This document shows positions 51,319 to 55,648 of a stretch of 55,648 bases of DNA, piece after piece. The notes under the pieces are model-generated. The model was not told where the DNA came from. It made no database searches and worked only from the letters and a program-made list of their open reading frames with translations. The position numbers were made by a program, and so were the translations under genes. Source of the stretch: Cycloclasticus sp. (GTDB lineage Bacteria; Pseudomonadota; Gammaproteobacteria; Methylococcales; Cycloclasticaceae); contig JASJGO010000199.1 in assembly GCA_033791505.1 (NCBI GenBank), positions 1 through 55,648 on the forward strand. The letters are read 5' to 3'. The number at the start of each line of letters is the position of its first letter. Within the stretch, counting starts at the first letter, position 1.

Positions 51319-54132
51319 TTAAGCAAAACGTCTATCTTCCCCAGCGCCGTCTACATTTTCTACGCAACGACTACATAATTCGGGGTGCGAGGTGGACGCA
51401 GCCACGTCGTGGCGATGATGCCAACAACGGACGCACTTTTCGTGTTCACTAGCCGCCACTTCAATAAACAACTCAGCATTATCCGTCGCTTTCGCTCGCT
51501 CCGGTTTATCAGACAACGGCTTTACCTGCGCGTACGAGGTGATCAAGATAAAACGCAGCTCGTCGTCTAGTTGCTTGAGTTTTTCATACAAGCCGTCTGC
51601 ACAATATAGCGTTACTTCCGCGTCGAGGCCAGAACCAATAAGTCCTTCAGCTCTTACCCGTTCAAGCTCTTTGCTGACCAGCTCACGTGTTTCAATAATG
51701 TCCTGCCAGAACGCTAATTCAGTCGAAGCTTCTGCATCTGATTCAGGAAACCCTTCGTAAGCCGTTGCTAAAAACACCGACTCATCACGATCGCCCGGCA
51801 TCGCCAGCCAAATTTCTTCCGCGGTATAGCTCAATATCGGCGCTATCCAGCGCACGAATGCCTCGGCAATATGGAACATCGCCGTTTGCGAAGAACGCCT
51901 CGCTACACTGTTTGTTTGCAGCGTGTACTGACGATCTTTAATCACATCCAGATAAAAACTACCCATATCCACCGAGCAAAAGTGGTGGATCTTTTGGTGT
52001 ACCTGCAAGAACTGGTATTGATCGTAACCATCCAGCACTTCTTTTTGTACTTCACGCGTTTTCTCAATCGCCCAACGATCTAGTGGCAACATATCGTCAA
52101 ACGATAAGGCATCTTTTACAGGGTCGAAATCATTTAAATTGGAAAGTAAATAACGCGCCGTATTTCTTAACCGACGATACACGTCTGAGGCGCGCTTTAA
52201 AATTTCATCAGATACCGTCATCTCGCCACGGTAATCATTCGCCGACACCCAAAGGCGCAACACGTCCGCGCCCAGTGAATTAATCACTTTTTGCGGCGCC
52301 ACCACATTGCCTTGTGATTTCGACATTTTTTTACCTTTAGCATCAACAGTAAAACCATGCGTCAGCACAGATTCGAAAGGCGCACAGCCATTCATAGCCA
52401 CAGAGGTTAACAAAGAAGATTGGAACCAGCCGCGGTGTTGATCCGAGCCTTCCAGGTACATTGCCGCAGGAAAGGTGAGTTGTTCTCGTTTATCTAGTAC
52501 GCAGGCGTGAGTGACGCCCGAATCAAACCAAACGTCCAGGATATCGTTAATCTTAGTGTATTGCTCGGCTTCATCACCCAGTAAGTCCGTCGCATCTAAT
52601 TCAAACCAGGCTTCTATACCCGCTTTCTCAATGCGTTCGGCGACCTGTTCGATTAATTTAGGCGTATCGGGGTGCAACTCGCCCGTTTCTTTATGCACAA
52701 ATAAGGCAATTGGTACGCCCCAATTTCGTTGACGAGAAATACACCAGTCTGGGCGACCTTCGACCATGCTATTAATGCGCGCTTCGCCCCATTCGGGAAT
52801 CCAGTTCACGCGTTTAATTTCCTGCAATGCTTTTTCACGCAAATTATTCTTATCCATCGAGATAAACCACTGCGGCGTCGCTCTAAAAATAATCGGTGTT
52901 TTATGTCGCCAACAATGCGGGTAACTATGGTTTAAGGCTTCCTCGTGCAGCAAGGCACCTCGTTCTTTTAAGACCTCGATAATATCGCCGTTAGCACTAA
53001 ACACGTGCTTGCCTGCAAACATCGGCGTAGTCGCTAAAAATACGCCATTATCGCCGACTGGATTATCCACTGGAATATTGTACTGTAAGCCAACGACGTA
53101 ATCGTCCTGACCGTGCCCTGGCGCCGTATGCACCGCGCCCGTACCCGCCTCAGCCGTCACGTGATGGCCTAAAATAATCGGCACTACACGCTGGTAAAAG
53201 GGGTGGTTTAGCGTCATTAATTCTAAATCTTTACCTTTGCAATAAGCCACCACTCGATAGTCATCAATGCCATAGCGAAGCATCGTGTCCTTTAATAGCT
53301 TTTCAGATAAAACGAGTCGTTCTTCGCCACTTTGAACCATCACATAATCGAATTCAGGATTTAATGAAACCGCCTGATTTGCCGGCAAGGTCCAGGGCGT
53401 GGTGGTCCAGATAACGACTGAAATGGGCCCCTCTCCAGGGTGTCCATCGCTGCTATGAAAGCGTTCCACGAATGCGGCTTCATCAGTCACGGTAAAGCGC
53501 ACATCAATCGCGGGGGATCGCTTATCTTCATACTCAACTTCTGCTTCTGCTAAGGCAGAGCCGCAATCGGTACACCAATGCACAGGCTTTGAACCCTTGT
53601 GCAAATGGCCATTGTCTATAATGCGGCCGAGCGAACGAACAACGTCTGCTTCAAATTGAAAATCCATACTCAGGTATGGCCGATCCCAGTCGGCAAACAC
53701 GCCCAAACGAACAAACTCTTCTTTTTGCATCGCCACTTGTTTGGTTGCGTAGGTCCGGCACGCTGCTCGAAATTCAGCCGCTGACACCTTAACACCCGCC
53801 TTGCCTATTTTCTTTTCAACCATCAATTCGATTGGCAAGCCGTGGCAATCCCAGCCGGGCACGTAAGGCGAGTCAAAACCCTGTAAGGCCTTGCTCTTGA
53901 TGATGATATCCTTTAATACTTTATTAACCGCATGGCCAATATGAATGGGGCCGTTTGCATACGGCGGTCCATCGTGTAAGACAAAGTGCGGTCTACCTGC
54001 AAATTGATCACGAATTTTTTGATATAAACCGATCTCTTGCCAGCGTTTCAAGGTGGCGGGTTCGCGGTTAGCCAGGTTTGCTTTCATCGGAAAGCTGGTT
54101 TGCGGTAAATTAAGTGTCGTTTTGTAATCCAT
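51319..54132 (-). CDS. ileS: Isoleucine--tRNA ligase (type 1)
   Basis: [35 protein letters not shown]-terminal CVRC..CSRC zinc finger. Confidence 0.98.
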   Translation of the reverse strand: MDYKTTLNLPQTSFPMKANLANREPATLKRWQEIGLYQKIRDQFAGRPHFVLHDGPPYANGPIHIGHAVNKVLKDIIIKSKALQGFDSPYVPGWDCHGLPIELMVEKKIGKAGVKVSAAEFRAACRTYATKQVAMQKEEFVRLGVFADWDRPYLSMDFQFEADVVRSLGRIIDNGHLHKGSKPVHWCTDCGSALAEAEVEYEDKRSPAIDVRFTVTDEAAFVERFHSSDGHPGEGPISVVIWTTTPWTLPANQAVSLNPEFDYVMVQSGEERLVLSEKLLKDTMLRYGIDDYRVVAYCKGKDLELMTLNHPFYQRVVPIILGHHVTAEAGTGAVHTAPGHGQDDYVVGLQYNIPVDNPVGDNGVFLATTPMFAGKHVFSANGDIIEVLKERGALLHEEALNHSYPHCWRHKTPIIFRATPQWFISMDKNNLREKALQEIKRVNWIPEWGEARINSMVEGRPDWCISRQRNWGVPIALFVHKETGELHPDTPKLIEQVAERIEKAGIEAWFELDATDLLGDEAEQYTKINDILDVWFDSGVTHACVLDKREQLTFPAAMYLEGSDQHRGWFQSSLLTSVAMNGCAPFESVLTHGFTVDAKGKKMSKSQGNVVAPQKVINSLGADVLRLWVSANDYRGEMTVSDEILKRASDVYRRLRNTARYLLSNLNDFDPVKDALSFDDMLPLDRWAIEKTREVQKEVLDGYDQYQFLQVHQKIHHFCSVDMGSFYLDVIKDRQYTLQTNSVARRSSQTAMFHIAEAFVRWIAPILSYTAEEIWLAMPGDRDESVFLATAYEGFPESDAEASTELAFWQDIIETRELVSKELERVRAEGLIGSGLDAEVTLYCADGLYEKLKQLDDELRFILITSYAQVKPLSDKPERAKATDNAELFIEVAASEHEKCVRCWHHRHDVAASTSHPELCSRCVENVDGAGEDRRFA

Positions 54133-54139
54133 GATGCTC

Positions 54140-55078
54140 TTAGGCGGTTCGTGTTTGATTAAAGTATGTTTTAGCCTGTGCAGAATCTATTGAAATTTGC
54201 TCAGTTAATTGATTCAGGTCGTTAAATTTTTTCTCATCTCGAAGTTTTTCACAAAAGGAAATAACCACACGCTGGCCATATAAATAGCCGCTAAAATCGA
54301 ACAAGTGGGCTTCTAATAAAACCGCCATAGTGTCCTCAATTGAAGGTCGCGTTCCCACGTTAGCAACCCCGTTATAACTCAGGCCTGATTCAAGCGTTAT
54401 TGTAACGGCAAAAACACCTTTTAACGGAGTTTTTCTATTTTTCACACGTATATTGGCGGTAGGAAAACCAAGCTCTCGGCCTCTTTTATCTCCGTGCATA
54501 ACACGGCCAGACATTGTGTAAGGCCGATTCAAATACAGCGCCGCTTTTTTTAACTCTCCTCGTTCTAAAGCATGACGGATTAAGGTGCTGCTGACCCGTT
54601 CATCCTCCATTTTAAATGAATGTGATTTTAGAACGCTAAAACCCAATCTTTTACCAGCGGCCGTCAAATAGTCAAAATCGCCCTGTCTGTTTTTACCAAA
54701 ACAAAAGTCATCACCAACGATTAAGAGTTTAATTTTTAGTTGCTGATAAAGCATGTTTACAAATTGCTCCGCCGTCATATTCGCCAGAGCGTGATCAAAG
54801 CGCACCAGATACAGAAAATCCACGTCCGTTTGAGATAGATGGGTTATTTTGTCTCTGGCCGTTGAAATTCTTGCTGGCGCGTTGGCGGCCCTGAAATATT
54901 CAATCGGCTGCGGTTCAAAACACATCACGATTGTTGGTAATTCTAGTGCTTTGGCTTGCTGTGTTAACGCATCTAACACCATCCTATGCCCCGCGTGAAC
55001 ACCATCAAAATTCCCGATGGTCAACGCACTACCTTTTGTAAAAACGGGCGCGTCGGCTAAGTGTCGTATCAATTTCAT
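54140..55078 (-). CDS. ribF: Bifunctional riboflavin kinase / FAD synthetase
   Basis: [55 protein letters not shown]; start placed at ATG 55078. Confidence 0.96.
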   Translation of the reverse strand: MKLIRHLADAPVFTKGSALTIGNFDGVHAGHRMVLDALTQQAKALELPTIVMCFEPQPIEYFRAANAPARISTARDKITHLSQTDVDFLYLVRFDHALANMTAEQFVNMLYQQLKIKLLIVGDDFCFGKNRQGDFDYLTAAGKRLGFSVLKSHSFKMEDERVSSTLIRHALERGELKKAALYLNRPYTMSGRVMHGDKRGRELGFPTANIRVKNRKTPLKGVFAVTITLESGLSYNGVANVGTRPSIEDTMAVLLEAHLFDFSGYLYGQRVVISFCEKLRDEKKFNDLNQLTEQISIDSAQAKTYFNQTRTA

Positions 55079-55086
55079 CGCCAACC

Positions 55087-55648
55087 TTAATGTTTAAATA
55101 ATAAATCACGCGGGCGGATTCCCATGATCAGAAGAGCCACCAAATACAATATGGCGACCGCTAAAATCTCCAGCCCTAAGTGTAATACCCTGTCGAATGC
55201 ACCCCAAGCAAGCCATTGCTCTAACGCGTAGTCATTCAAATATATCAGGCCAACCAGCAAGTTAGCCATTAATACTTTAGCGGCGAAACTAAACCAGCCT
55301 TTTTGAGCTTTAAACGCCCCTGTTTTAACCAGCGCTCTAAGCAATAAGCCAGCGTTTACAAAAGCCGCCAACGAAGTTGCCAGAGCTAAGCCCGCGTGTT
55401 GTAAAAAAGAAACCAGGCTGAGGCTCAAGATGAGATTTGCTATCACCGCTATAACGCCAATTTTCACCGGCGTTTTCATATCTTGCCTCGAAGTAAACCC
55501 CGGCACCAACACTTTAACCAAAATAAACGCTGGCAAGCCAATCGAATAGGCCATCAAGCTTAATGCGGCTTTGTTAACGTCTTCAGGTGAAAATGCATCA
55601 TATTGAAAAAGCGTCGTTAACATCGGCGCCGCCAAAAAATACAAGCCC
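55087..55648 (-). CDS. murJ: Lipid II flippase MurJ, 3' part (5' end beyond window)
   Basis: TLFQY..F, YSIGL...ILVKVL.PGF.SRQD.KTPV, HAGLALATS; upstream of ribF. Confidence 0.93.
   Translation of the reverse strand, partial: GLYFLAAPMLTTLFQYDAFSPEDVNKAALSLMAYSIGLPAFILVKVLVPGFTSRQDMKTPVKIGVIAVIANLILSLSLVSFLQHAGLALATSLAAFVNAGLLLRALVKTGAFKAQKGWFSFAAKVLMANLLVGLIYLNDYALEQWLAWGAFDRVLHLGLEILAVAILYLVALLIMGIRPRDLLFKH

Overview
Mostly core chromosome of a non-enteric gammaproteobacterium. ArgJ, DciA and an M23 peptidase instead of secM, murB inside the dcw cluster, and DUF1631 next to nadC/ampD suggest this; a Thiotrichales/Methylococcales-like organism such as Cycloclasticus is a guess only. Left to right: (1) 1-7754, the end of an accessory surface-glycan locus with a Wzm/Wzt ABC exporter (C-terminal extra domain), a GT2 glycosyltransferase, a tandem double methyltransferase, a decayed FkbM methyltransferase, a sulfotransferase, another SAM methyltransferase running off the edge, and divergent manC; (2) pilB-pilC-pilD-coaE-zapD-yacG with no pilA in its usual place; (3) mutT-thiE fusion, argJ, secA, M23 peptidase, dciA; (4) a complete dcw cluster from mraZ to lpxC with its promoter and MraZ boxes; (5) an AT-rich islet of about 1.8 kb between mraZ and the 3' end of rnpB carrying an orphan MORN-2/YwqK-type repeat lipoprotein; (6) rnpB, rsmI, lpoA-yraN-gmhA-dolP, a GlcD-like oxidase, usp; (7) nadC, DUF1631, ampD, and lspA-ileS-ribF-murJ. 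I see no CRISPR array, integrase, transposase, tRNA or rRNA, and I cannot claim a demonstrated new system. The best leads are the sulfation-plus-methylation glycan module (its double methyltransferase has an internal SD+ATG and a slippery A-tract at the domain junction) and the rnpB-adjacent islet. All family calls come from motif recognition, not database searches.
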